Source: Tubiluchus corallicola
Lineage: Eukaryota > Animalia > Priapulida
DNA: 64,000 nucleotides
Direction: 5' to 3'
Assembly: GCA_030141605.1 (NCBI GenBank)
Contig: JAQGDQ010000396.1
Span: 62,001 to 126,000 of the forward strand
The notes under the pieces are model-generated. The model was not told the DNA's origin. It ran no database searches and worked only from the letters and a program-made list of their open reading frames with translations. A program made the translations under genes and the position numbers. Positions 39,301-51,593 of this stretch are shown in pieces (position 1 is the first letter of the stretch; each line of letters opens with the position of its first letter).

Positions 39301-42300
39301 AAATATTATGAAGTGATCAGTTGCAAAAGTGATTCAGTGTATTGTATCTTGCACTTAAATTATTTGAGTGCCTGCTATTTAGTAGAGGGGGTACTGCGGA
39401 AGTACAGAAGTGGTTCAGACACTGCGGTCAGGAATTCTTTATAGTGAACTTTGGGAACCAAATGAAGTGCCGGTGCACTCATTTTCGAGCATATCCTATC
39501 ATCTATTCAACAGACAACTAATACTAAACTGATCGTAGGTCAACCCCCATGGTCAAGAACAAATTTTAACGCAAATACAATGATATAATTTTATGCTTAT
39601 ATTGTATAATTATGGAAATGGGCATTAATGCATAATAATAATAATAATAACAAAGGCGATGAAGATTAATGAAGATGACAACTATGACAGTGCTCTGTGT
39701 TATTCGAATCAAATTGTGTGTCTGGCCCAGAAAAGGTTCAATTAAGAACAATAGGCAAATGCACAATTGATTCCGCTAGCTACAAGTTAACTGTCCAAAC
39801 TTAATTCAGGGTGTTAACAACTAAACAGTGCAATCATCCTTTCAAAACTATGTACTTGGCTTCTGTCAGTCCAGTTTTTTGCTCTCAAATAGTTATGTCA
39901 GCCATACCATTATATACAGTCATGGTCAGGTAAGCAGGTACATTCATAGAAACTGTGTATTCCTCACAAAGCAATTATTAATCAAAGATTAAAATTTACT
40001 AAAGTTGGTATGACAATCACCATAGCAGGCAGACTATTCGACTCATTCATTACGTCTCACAGAAACCAAATACTCATGAAAACCTGTAACGAGATCGTTC
40101 GTTAAAAAAATTTAAAATATGCCCTCTAGCTGTGAATCAATAGCCGGATTTAAAAAATCCATGGAACACTTTTTGTCTCTGGTTAAAACCTTGCAAATCT
40201 CGACAAGATCTTCTCCACGATATGTCGAATTTTAGTTTCCCTTCAAGACGATAATCATGTCATAAGTGCACACTTACACTTAATTTACACACAATACATA
40301 ACAAATTAAAAACAACAAAGTTTGTTTGATTAAGAAGAAATATGGAACAATATATTTATTTAAAATTTGATTTTACAAATTTAAGGATGTGTATATGCTA
40401 AATATTAATTAGATCATAGGTCATAGTAGATGCCTAAATGCATAAACAGACACAACTTAAAATGGAAAATTTATATTAAAAATCAACATGAATAAAAAAG
40501 CTGCCAAAGATATCATAATGACAAAAAAACTTACGCAACTCACAAAAACTACACTTCAGTACAATTAGCCAGTAGCTAGGAAAAGAAATTTCAAATAAGA
40601 TTAACTTCTATAACATAAAATATTAAGCTCTAAACAACATAGTAACTCAGTAAACAAAAATAAATGAATGCACGGAGATTTGTAAAGTTTGAAGGTTTTG
40701 AGAAAGCCATCTCAACGGGAGCAATTAAATATCATTTAAGCAACATGAGGGAATGGAAGAAATAAAAATTTCGGGTACACAATTTAGTAACTTTACTACA
40801 TCTACACACGTGCTAAATTTAAAGTGTGCTAAAACTTTAAAGGGTACAATATTAAGTATAAATGCATAAAAATTGAAATACATCACACCATCATTACAAT
40901 TGATATTATATTAGTTATAAACATTATACAAAATCCAACATGATGTGCCAGTCCAAGAAATGGTTCAAGCTATTTAGAAATGTTTGTATATTCAGTAACT
41001 TTGACAACCATCCCTGTAATTTTGGCAAGCGCTAAGAAAAACTGATGAATCTTTCATGCATCTCTCATGTCATAGTTATCTTAAGTAAACTAGTTAAAAT
41101 GGATTAGCTAACACATCACTATGAACTACCACATCACAAGAATACAGTTTCATTATCAGCCATTTTACAAGACGTGTTGATTTATCAGTTACAGAGTCAT
41201 AAATTTTCAAGTGTTAGTTTAAACGGACACAGTAATTCATGATTACAATTTTGTGCATGAATCTATATATGATTAAGAGGCAAAAATCCCAAATTTTATA
41301 CAGAAACATAAAACTGCTGCTATTTTTACATAAAACAAACTAAGCGCATTTACGTAAACTTTGCTTCCACTCAATCCCGTTCATTACATTAATGTGCTCC
41401 ACTTTTTGGGCAAACAAAATAAACATGAAAGGAATTAGTGGTGAACGTGGATAAAATGTGCTAAGCAAACTTAACTAACAGCTGTTTACTAGCCATAAAC
41501 ATGCAGTCATATTTTCTTACCAGCATGTGCAAAACTGGCACAGTCAGCCAAAGAGTAACATGAGCTGTCATGGATTATGTTAATCTGATTCGCTGTACAT
41601 TTCTAGTAGTGATTTAATCAGCCTATTCCAAATAGTGGAACTTGCTTAGTACACCATTAAACACTCACAAATCACATGCATAGTAAATTTATATCAGTAC
41701 TGCATGAACGAGTAGAACTAGCTACAAAAATAGAATTAAAAAATAATGTACATGCAAAATTTTTATAACTTTTCAAGTTTAGTTGTTAAAACTGAGCAGC
41801 TAATAGTGTGCCCATACAGTTGCAAACTTGCAAAATAAAGCAGTGTAAACTGATAAGGGAACTTGTTCAACATTGAGGAAACATTAAAGTGAATATATAA
41901 ATTTTTACTATATACCTATTGAAATAATTTTCAACTGGAAGACAACAAATTTGAATGAGTGAGCAGAATAAAAATGTTAGCTTCATAAATCAGACGCATT
42001 CATAAAATCTCACCACTATCCTACTATAGATTTGACCAGGAAGAGGTTTGCACTTTATTTAATGCAAGTAATTAAACTCAATTAAAATAAAAAGTGCTAG
42101 AGAAACTCAAACTATTTGGCAATACACAATGAATGAATAACTTCTGCACCTCCACAACCAAGCAGCAAGACAATTTTTGTTGACATAAAAAACCTAATCT
42201 AGCAATTGCATGAAAAGCACAGTACTTTCGCAGATGCAAAAAATAATGACTAAATTAAAAGCATTATAATACAGTGTCAGTCTACTAAAATTAAATTACA

Positions 42301-42492
42301 TCGACCTATTTTTCAGACAAGCATCATTGCCAACAGTTCATTTAGGCCTAGGTAGTATTCTTTGGAATAACTTAAGAGGAAAACAAAAAGTTGCACAGTA
42401 CGATAATAATCAACACCATAAAATTTTAGGCTTCATGTTAAATATGGGATTAAAGCAAACACTGAGCTCGCATTTCTTTCGCTGGTTTCATT

Positions 42493-43266
42493 TTAACTGT
42501 AGCCATATAACTGCCACTCCTTGAGCTGGAAATACAAACAGCATGAAAATAAAATACCAAACAGCTGCAAGGCGCAAAAACCAAGACCGATAGCTCCCAA
42601 AATTACCAGATTTTTTTCAACTTCGTCTTCCAATGCTGAAATGCATCCATTCCACCATATGTTTGAAGGATGGTCCATGCGACCACAAGTCTCCAAAATT
42701 GTTATGCAGCACGTGTCTGGAACTTTATTTGGAATGTCTGGATTTTCAATGATCCAACGACTCTGTTGCCAATCTGTGTATATGCCAGCACCGCAGCACT
42801 TCCATTCCTTCTGTAAACTATCAATTGAGCTAGTAATGCCCGCATCGTACTGGTAATTTGTTGTAAATGTTTCACGTAAGCTCGTTGTTAGCTCATTATT
42901 GAGCTTGTCGTTGTAAATGTAGGCAACAACACCAGCAGCCAACTCCATCAAAAAAATCAGTAAGAGGAAAATAGCGTAGAACATGATACATTCTTTATTC
43001 TCCCGAAACATTCCAATGCAACCGATGACAGTGAGTACGACAACCAATCCACCAGCAACTACCAATAAATAAGCTGTAACAGCAAAGGCGCCACTACTCA
43101 ATAGATTAATATAGTGCTCGTTAACCACAAGGCTCCATATACCAATACCAAGTACAGTCAAACCCGCGAGCAAAAAGAAAAATAGGAAAATGAATAGCAT
43201 GTACTTCAGAAAGTTGATGCTGCAACAGCCGCCTGAATCTTTTGTTTTTATTTCTCGCTTTCCCAT
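42493..43266 (-). CDS. Tetraspanin, CD151/TSPAN11-like, intronless CDS, 257 aa
   Basis: Four hydrophobic segments. Large extracellular loop with CCG and PDTCC plus further Cys. Juxtamembrane Cys (GCC..LKY, SCCLY). The HPSNIW motif is typical of the CD151/TSPAN11 group. Confidence 0.93.
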   Translation of the reverse strand: MGKREIKTKDSGGCCSINFLKYMLFIFLFFFLLAGLTVLGIGIWSLVVNEHYINLLSSGAFAVTAYLLVVAGGLVVVLTVIGCIGMFRENKECIMFYAIFLLLIFLMELAAGVVAYIYNDKLNNELTTSLRETFTTNYQYDAGITSSIDSLQKEWKCCGAGIYTDWQQSRWIIENPDIPNKVPDTCCITILETCGRMDHPSNIWWNGCISALEDEVEKNLVILGAIGLGFCALQLFGILFSCCLYFQLKEWQLYGYS

Positions 43267-44012
43267 TATGTTTAGACCTACGCAGGCGTAAATTATCTCT
43301 CTAAATTGGAAATAGCGTTATATTAGTTTTGCATAATAAACGCAAACAAACAACAATAGTCTCCAGAGTCCAAATTCAGCAGCGGCGTAATCACAGTTAA
43401 CTTATAGCAAGTACAACAAAAAACCGAACACCACCAATTCGTTACAAAACGCAGACTGACAGAAACACCCAACTGACCCAATTCAGCAACATGGGAAATC
43501 AAAACAACTCCTATCTCAGTCAAAGCGTATGAAAATGAAGGACTGTTGAAAGCATACATAAGTCGGAGAACCATAGATAACCATTGTTCACTATTAACTA
43601 GGATTGTCTTGATAATGGTGTCATGTTGTGCACGCCTGAGCAGGACAATGGACCTAGCACCATGGCAACCTATTGTTTGGAACTGCATATAATCGCTTTT
43701 CTATAAATGTACAATAAATTAATCCATTATTAATAAATTAATAATTTAAACTTTATTTAATGTGTACATCATATACAAAAGAGCTTTTTGTTACGTATTT
43801 CATTATTGCGATTAGCAGCTACGCTGGCGGCTCAAATGGCGGATGATTAAAAACTTTTGAGCCGCACATTGACAGTAATAATAATATTCTTAAATACACC
43901 AATAGTGTTGGCATACACGCAATTTTGATAAGCCAAAATCACTTTTACATTTTTATTAAAAGAAGAATATCTCAAATAAAAACAATTATTAGTTTAAAAA
44001 CTAAAACATTTC

Positions 44013-44330
44013 ATGAAAACGAAAAACAGTTGTAGCAATAAGCTTGTATCATGTACTTGCAAGTTTCTTGTAAGTAAAATTTTATGCTTGTATGCTTGGA
44101 AAGTAGATTACTGCATAGAAAAAAGACTTTGTAAACGTAGTAAAGATATTGAAACTGCAGAACACATAATATTAAGTTGTGAATTTTACACACAAATGAG
44201 AAACAAGGTCCCTTGGCAAAGAGTAACTGATGAACAATGCTTGAGGTGGCTGCTATTTGGAGAGGGAAAAATTTATGCAGTCTGACTACTGAAGGACATA
44301 ATGCTCAAAAGAAGAAGCATAGTGAATGTA
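44013..44330 (+). mobile_element. LINE C-terminal zinc-knuckle fragment (RTEX-like)
   Basis: EKRLCKRSKDIETAEHIILSCEFYTQMR, a decayed CX2CX7HX4C motif typical of LINE ORF2 ends. Confidence 0.55.
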
Positions 44331-44953
44331 TAACTTTACAGCTGAAAAGAAAAAGAGTAATATATATTTAGCTGTGCAAAACGGCGGTATAACATTTATA
44401 AACCCAAATTTGTTTTGTGTTGTTGTAGCATTAGAGCAAGCATATGTGTGCGCCTTAGCGTTTTTGAGTAGAAATCAGCCTAGTATAGTACAATATGCAT
44501 TGGTACTCGCCCTGATATAAAAGGGATTTAGGCACCAGACGGATGGATGGAACTCTGATGTTTCGTTTGTTATTTTTTGTTCACTGACAATAAAAAGGAG
44601 GAGTAATGTTGTAAATGCATCTCCGTTTGTTCAACTTGATTTTATAACCAACTTACACTTTTATTACACACGAAAGTCAGGCCTGATATTTTTTCAATCT
44701 ATATTTCCTGACAAAAACATATTAAAGAGGAATGTTTTTTTAGAAAAAATATTTCTCCAGAAATAGAATACTACATGAGCCAGGTATTTGCAAACTTTCT
44801 TTATGATCAACTTTCTTAACTTCTTTTGTAAATAAGCCTATTAATTTTCGTGGGATATGAATATAACAGTTTTTATTTTAACTACTAATTATTGTTAGTG
44901 CCTTATGCACTTATGCTTGCTTTAAATAATTTTCAAAGATATAACAGCTGCTG

Positions 44954-45189
44954 TAAATCGCCAAGACACAGATGTAGGCTTTGCAGTCTTTGCTTAATGT
45001 ACAAATATTAACTTGTAACAAAAGTTAAAAAAATGTGTTATAATTAGCATTTTATTATAATTACCTGACGCTGCCATAAATCGCCAAAGACAGATGTAGG
45101 CTTTACAGTCTTTATTTAGTGTACAAATATTTAATTTGTAACAAAAGTTACAAAACTGTGTTATAATTAGCATTTTTATTTAATTACCT
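44954..45189. repeat. Diverged tandem duplication, ~123-bp period
   Basis: TAAATCGCCAA..CAGATGTAGGCTTT..GTAACAAAAGTTA..TGTGTTATAATTAGCATTTT..TAATTACCTG occurs at 44954 and 45077 with scattered substitutions. Confidence 0.9.
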
Positions 45190-46309
45190 GGCTGCAACCT
45201 CAGGAAATTTAAGAAAAGATATCTATATTTGTGTTTTTGCAAGTCACTGCTGAGCAATTTATGAGTGCCTGTCGACCGGCCTGGCTTTGGTGGTCTCATC
45301 AATTCATCTGCTATAGTACACATGGGTGCGCGAACAGCTTGTGCTATAGCGTACCTGACAACAACAGACCATACTGCTGTGCCGCTAGGGCGACACTAAC
45401 TGCGCGAACTGCTGCACAGTAAGTTCTAATACTTTCTGTGGTCCATATTCTTTGATCTCATTTGTCTCTGATAGCATTGCTGATAGTGGTAAATAGCAGT
45501 GAGCATTTACTGCTACAGCTTCTGACTTGCACGCACCAAAGATAGACAATCACTTAGATTTAAGTTTAAGACAAATTAGACATTACAGACTTTCAGAGAA
45601 ACCATAAAAATATCGGCTATAGAGTTAAACAACAACAACAATGACAGTGACAGCGGGAATGGGAACAACAATGAATTGTGCTCTTTCACTTCAAGCCTAA
45701 CCATGTGCACTTACTGTGAATACTGAGGAGATGCTTCTCTTCACCAACAGTGGCGAGCAAACAGACATCAATAAACAATAAAAAGTGTCTGTTTGCGAGA
45801 TCAACAATACGATCAACTTGTTTTACGAATCACATCAAAATTTATAATCTTTTACATCAATTTGCCTTTACTGTTCACTCGTGTTTAATTATATTTTTAG
45901 TTTCAACAGCCTGTTAGCACGCATCCTTGCCTATAGTAATTAATCTATACTCCATTCTCTTATATCTTGCACAGATAGGCACAGCTTGTTGATACACACT
46001 ACTTTACATTCAAAAAGATGTTCAGTGGTATCCTCTAGCTGTTACTTGACATAAAGAACATTTCAGACTCCACTTTATACAGATTTTTAAAATTTGCTTT
46101 AACATCTATCATATTAAGTCTAATAGCCATGAATTTCATTCTTTACATACTTTTTTCAACTAGACTTGGTTATTACATTTTTACATCCATTACACTGTAT
46201 TTATATCAATATGATATTTTTTCTTGATGTGTTTGATTTCTGGAGTTTTGCCTTTCTTTCATCGTTTGAGTTCACTATCAGATGATAATACATTACCCTG
46301 CAAGTCAGT

Positions 46310-46508
46310 TGGGGGTGAGCATTGAACCGTTTAATTAATTAGTATTTTTGCTGTTTGCGACTGCATGCTTTTTATTTATGATTCGAAAATTTTTACAACT
46401 GAATTCGAATTGAATTCGGATTCGAAGTCTTGAAGCTTGATTTGTTTAGAGTTCATAAGCTAAAAATTCGATTCAAATTTGGTTTCTGATAAAGAACGTT
46501 CACCCCTA
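46310..46508. mobile_element. hAT-like MITE with internal TTCGAA/GAATTC repeats
   Basis: Ends TGGGGGTGAGCATT and AACGTTCACCCCTA are imperfectly complementary, with clustered TTCGA(A/T) motifs inside. TSD not clear. Confidence 0.45.
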
Positions 46509-46619
46509 TTGATCAGCCTTTTGATACTTCTTATTCATGCTAAAGAGTTAGCAGATAGGCTGCATTCACGGCCAAAATTCTGCAGATGATATGAAGATGC
46601 AAGTACATTAAATTAAGTT

Positions 46620-47130
46620 AGTCTACGATTGTACATCATTGAGACATATCAGTCGAAGATACATGGTCCAGAGAGTGACAAATGCCTTTAACGTTGGCAA
46701 AATTCCATGTAAAAGTTGGGAACAACCAAGACGTAGTTCATTTTTGACAGGTCAAATAGAGAGGTAGTTATAAAACAAACAAAGTGCTAAAAGGATCTTG
46801 GGTTATAAGCTTATAACAAGTTGTCATTCAATCAACATATCAATCAATCATTCAATCAATATGAGGCATAGACATGAGGAGGGTGACATCTTTGAAGCAT
46901 GGAAATTTTTGCATGGATGTTATTGAATCTTCTATTCCTGCATTGTTGTTGGAGTGCAACAAGCCTGGTGCCATCAACTTACTACACGAGACCGTAGTTT
47001 CAAGTTAGTCAAAAAGCAGCTGCACTAAATCACAGAGAATATTTTTTGGAAATTGTGTGGCAAATCTCTGGAACGTATTACCAAAAGTGGTTTGATTTAA
47101 AGCACAAGTGATTTCAGAAATCGATTTAAT
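46620..47130 (+). mobile_element. Highly decayed CR1-like LINE RT C-terminal fragment
   Basis: Fragments reading KDLGVI, LSFNQHI, TRDRSFKLVK and WNVLP in shifting frames. Confidence 0.55.
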
Positions 47131-48376
47131 GGGCAACCCGGTGTATGTCCAAGGGATATAAAGTCACCATGGGCAGCCTGGTGTTCATCGAATCGTTTTT
47201 TAGCCTTTGCATACCATAACATCCACAACTTGGTTTCTGACACTGTTCCTGTTATCATTGTGCTTTCTCGAGTTTGCTTTGGTAGTTGTTACTGATTACT
47301 AGTTATCTTCCACCAGTCGTTGTTCTCTTCCATAGGCTACTGCCTCTTAACAGTGCTTAATAATTCACATAAATAAAAAAATTTACTTGTACATTGACAA
47401 CGTTCCCGTAAAAAGCTCATGGCTGTCTGCTAAGGTGTTCCTGGGGTCTTTCTTGCCGCTCCAAAATGTTTACATAGGTCTTCAAAAATGTTTTTGGTGT
47501 GATGAAACAGCCTAAAGTCCCTCCAGGGATTAGCACTATGGTTATAGAGAGATAGTAAATGTGTAGCGTGCATTATGTAGTTAACTATTGTCAATAAACG
47601 ATCAATCATCAATCGATCTATACCAGTGCCAAATTTTTTCAATTACTCTATGCTAGTGGCCATTGAAATGACTATATTTTGTTAATGCGTCACGTTAAAT
47701 ACGATGATTGCCGACTAAGAGTTCCGTGCTTGCGTTTTTCATGTTTTCACTTTTTAGTGTTTTCTACGTAAGAGTAAGATGGTTAGGATACCGTGCTCGA
47801 TATTTTCGTGCACGTGTTCACCATGTACTGCAGTGTTCCATACCACTTGTCGTGTACCGTGTCACCTTGCACCAGTAGTCTAGTACCACATTTCCATAAG
47901 CCATCCTGTGGCACATGGCACATCCTCGCTACAGCCTACACTGCTACAGTTCAAGGCGAGGTGGTATCCAGCGTTGTGGCAGTAAAAGAGAATGTCAACA
48001 AGCGCAAACGTTTCACGTAGTGTTTTTAGGCATTAGTTAAAATATTTCATTTGGATTGCCAAGATTTATCATTTACCAAATTAAATTTATTACTTAGTAT
48101 TGCTATTATATGTTACGGTGATTAATATTAGTTATTACTATTATTATTAGTCCTCTCCGTGCGTGTTTGGTAGCCCCTTCAATTGCTATGCAATAGATGT
48201 CGCTAGTATCGCAGGGTGGTAGTCGATTTTTTGTTGCTGTTGGAGATTTTGTGAAATTGCAGTATAATTTCACTGAAGGAGTATTTCCGTTACCGCTACC
48301 TACGTTGAAGGATAGAGGTTAAGCTGATAAATGGCCTATAAATATAAACCTCTCCAATATTCTTTGGTTTCTACGT

Positions 48377-49100
48377 TTATTCTAAAAGAAACAGTGCCCC
48401 CCCCCACGATCTTGGACTATGTCGCAAAAAATTCTTGCTGCCATTGAGGCAGTCTAGGATTGACAAACTTTTCTGGTTGTGCTGCAAATATCGATCTAAT
48501 TGGGACTTAAAAAGAGAAGGATTAGTACCATTGCTTACATTTTCGGGTAGCTTATTCCATTCGTCAACCATCAGAGGTATTTCTCGTTTTCTGTTCCATC
48601 TATTGAAAGCTGCTCTCTTCTTGATTTTGTAAGGATGCCCTCTAGTACCACGATATGTGTGAGATGGAAACACTTTGCTAGCATCAATGTGATCAAAACC
48701 TTTTAAGTTGCCAAAGGCTTCGATCAAATCCTGCCTCTTATGCCTATATTTTAAAGTAGTTAGCCCTAGCCTCTTGATGCTCGTAGAGTATGGTAGTCCC
48801 GAAACTGCTTGTACAAGCCTAGTAGCTCTACGTGAAACTGATTCAACTTTTCTTATCATATCTTGCCTGGCTGGATTCCAAACAAAATTGTCTAACCATT
48901 GACTTGTACAATTTGGATCATCATGGGCCCATCTAAATTAGCAAAGTTTTGCTTAATAAGTGTAAATCTACTTTGAGCTATATTAACAGCATGATGAATG
49001 TGGCTTTGAAATTTAAGCATGTTATCAAAATGATGCCTAAGTCTTTTTGCTTGATGACATTTGTAATTTCTACATGGCTAAGTCCTTGTACCATTGCGGA
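48377..49100 (-). mobile_element. CR1-clade LINE ORF2 3' fragment
   Basis: ORF 48377-48859: VESVSRRATRLV..LPY..LGLTTLKYR..DLIEAF..TRGHPYKI..WNKLPENV..FKSQLDRYL, preceded by KDLGII..LKFKAH. This is a classic CR1 C-terminus. Confidence 0.88.
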
Positions 49101-50439
49101 TTTGCGTTCTGCAATATCTTCGTCTTCCAATAGTTAATAGATTGCATTTGTGAATATTATTTCAGAAGCGTGTTTCATTAAAATTTTACATTGCAAAGGT
49201 TGGTGCTGAAATGGTGTTTACTAGAACATCTGTATTTTCTGGGGAGCTGTTAGCACACTTTTAAAATTTGTTTTTTATTATTAGTTTTTTATATTAATGC
49301 TTCAATAGTGTTTTAAAAGGAAAAATAATATTAAGCCCTTAGATGCAGGAGAAAAAATATTCTGGCTGCATGTTGAACTGATCCTGCTTTTCTGTCCCTT
49401 ATGTCAGCAGCGTGTACTTAGCTTGTCATATGGTATGAGTACACACTATACACATGAAATAATTCTATTTTTCTATTTTTGCACAAATATTTATTTCTTG
49501 CAAGTTTTTTTGACAATGGCTTCATTGTTCTTTATATTGGTCAAAATGTAATTATCTGACCCTTACATCAGCAAGTAATTAAAAATCGAGTTTTATTAGG
49601 GATTGGCATAAACAAATTTTCCAGTATAGTTATCATACACAGCATACCTTTTTCCTTTACTTTCTACTAAATGCATTGTATATCTGTTAAGACCTTAAAA
49701 AAATGGGTCACCTTCACCTTCATGATGAGAAAGCAATTTGCATTTGTTGCTCATACTTTTCATCAACATATTGTCCAGTTACACATCATTAGTTTGCTCT
49801 CTTTTTCCATATACCAAGACTTATTTAAAATAGAGGTTCCTTGTATCAAGTTTATGTTTAAAACTCTGTATCTCATTGGCTGTCATTATTAATGCCGCTA
49901 GTGAGTTTCAAATTCTTCAGTTTGGGAAAGCTCTGTCGACACTTTTTGGTGTTTGTGCATAGTTTATAAAGTGTGTTTGGAAAATGTGGTATTTTAAATT
50001 GACCCACATTTTGCAGTATTAAATGTGTCTAAAGAACTAGTACACTAGAAACTGTGGAATGAATGGCCTATTGGTCTAGGCCAGTTAACGCATTGGAGAA
50101 ATTTCTAGATAAAGAATAAATTTGTCTTTTTTCTATTTGTATGTCTTTCTCACATTTAGAAACATCATGCTTCACTGTGTATAATGGAATGCATATGCAC
50201 ATGATGATGTAACTGTTCACAAAATTGAATTTACCACTTTTACCAGGATCTTTAATTCTTCATCTTCATCTTGAGTTCATCAATTAGAAGAAAATCAAGA
50301 CAATTTGCGAAGCCCCTTTGGCAGTACTGGCCAGATACCACCTCCTAGTAATAGATGGATTGTTATCATTCAGTAATTATTGTCATAATTAGTTCTTTTA
50401 CATTTTTCTGGTGCTTGTGCAGTAGAAAACTGTGTAAAA

Positions 50440-50792
50440 TTGTAAATTGCACCTCTCTCTCTTTTTAATAAATCTGTCCTTTTGGAAAGTTTAGTAATAA
50501 ATTCCTTTGATTTGAAAATGAAATCTACTGAATCGGTGACAATTGTAGCAAATCGTATTAGCTATGATCTAAGAATACCTAAAATGGTTTGAAGTGGTAC
50601 ATTGCTTGTTGGATGAGGATTGTTAACTGTATGAAAATTGAAATTATCCCATTTGTTATACATGCTAATCTACTTGTGATCTTTAACAGAGGTATTAAGA
50701 TCTAAAAATGTTGCTAAGTACAGTGTGAGAGCCATTTTTAGTACCAATTCTTTTGGGTACATATGAGTAATGATATTTGAGAATGTTTTTGG
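50440..50792 (-). mobile_element. Penelope-like element RT thumb relic
   Basis: Manual translation: FSNIITHMYPKELVL..ATFLDL..*ISMYNKWDNFNFHTVNNPHPTSNVP..GILRS*LIRFA. It matches the PLE RT C-terminal pattern (YP.EL, FLDL, YDKRDDFNF..VNFP..SN.P..G..SQLIR) and has two in-frame stops. Confidence 0.75.
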
Positions 50793-51593
50793 ATTGCCTA
50801 AATTTCTTTCTCGCTCTCTTTCTCTCTGTCTCTCCACCATTCTTTCTATCTCACTTCCTGCTGTCTTCTCTCCTCTTCCTCCATTCTGTCTCTCTCCCCT
50901 TCCTTGCTTTGTCTTTCTCTTGATAGCCTTCTTCTCTTTTTTGAGACCTGCCTTCTCTTTCAGTTGCTGTTGTCGTGCTTACTGGATTTAATAGAAATTG
51001 GTTTTAAATTTTTGATTCATCTGGAAATGAACGCTTTAGTGTATTGTGAACTTTTTTCTCCATTTCTGTATATGTGTTTAATATAATGATATCTAGAAGG
51101 AACTAAAGAAAAACATATTGACTTTTACTTATATTTTCAAATATAATGTAGAAAAAGAATGATTAAAGATCATTGAATAACATAGATCCAATATACCATA
51201 ATTAGTATATGTAATTTTTATACATAATTTTTGTAAAATGCAAAACTTTTCTTGGAATTTTTACTTAATTGTTGAAAGCTGCATCGTATTTGCAGTTTTT
51301 GACTGTAAAAGGTTTGTATTCCCTTCACATTTTGCCATTTGGGCATTCTTTTGTTTACATATTTTATTTCTTTATTAGTTAAATTTATGTAGCAAACAAG
51401 TACGTAAGTGTAAACAGGATTTCACCAACAACATACTAATAACACATTAAACAGAGTTAACAAACAATGATAGGCCTGTAGATATTTTCCCATCTCACTT
51501 TAAGTTTCTTCAGAAGTGCAGTTTTCAAAAAACTTGATTTTGCTTTTTGAAGAACGGACAGCCAGTTTGTGCTTTACATCTACTTTTCACAGC

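Noticed and set aside
42521-43688. ORFs 42521-42856 (+) and 43323-43688 (-)
   Set aside because: An antisense shadow of the tetraspanin and a chance ORF over its promoter/leader; no family motifs.
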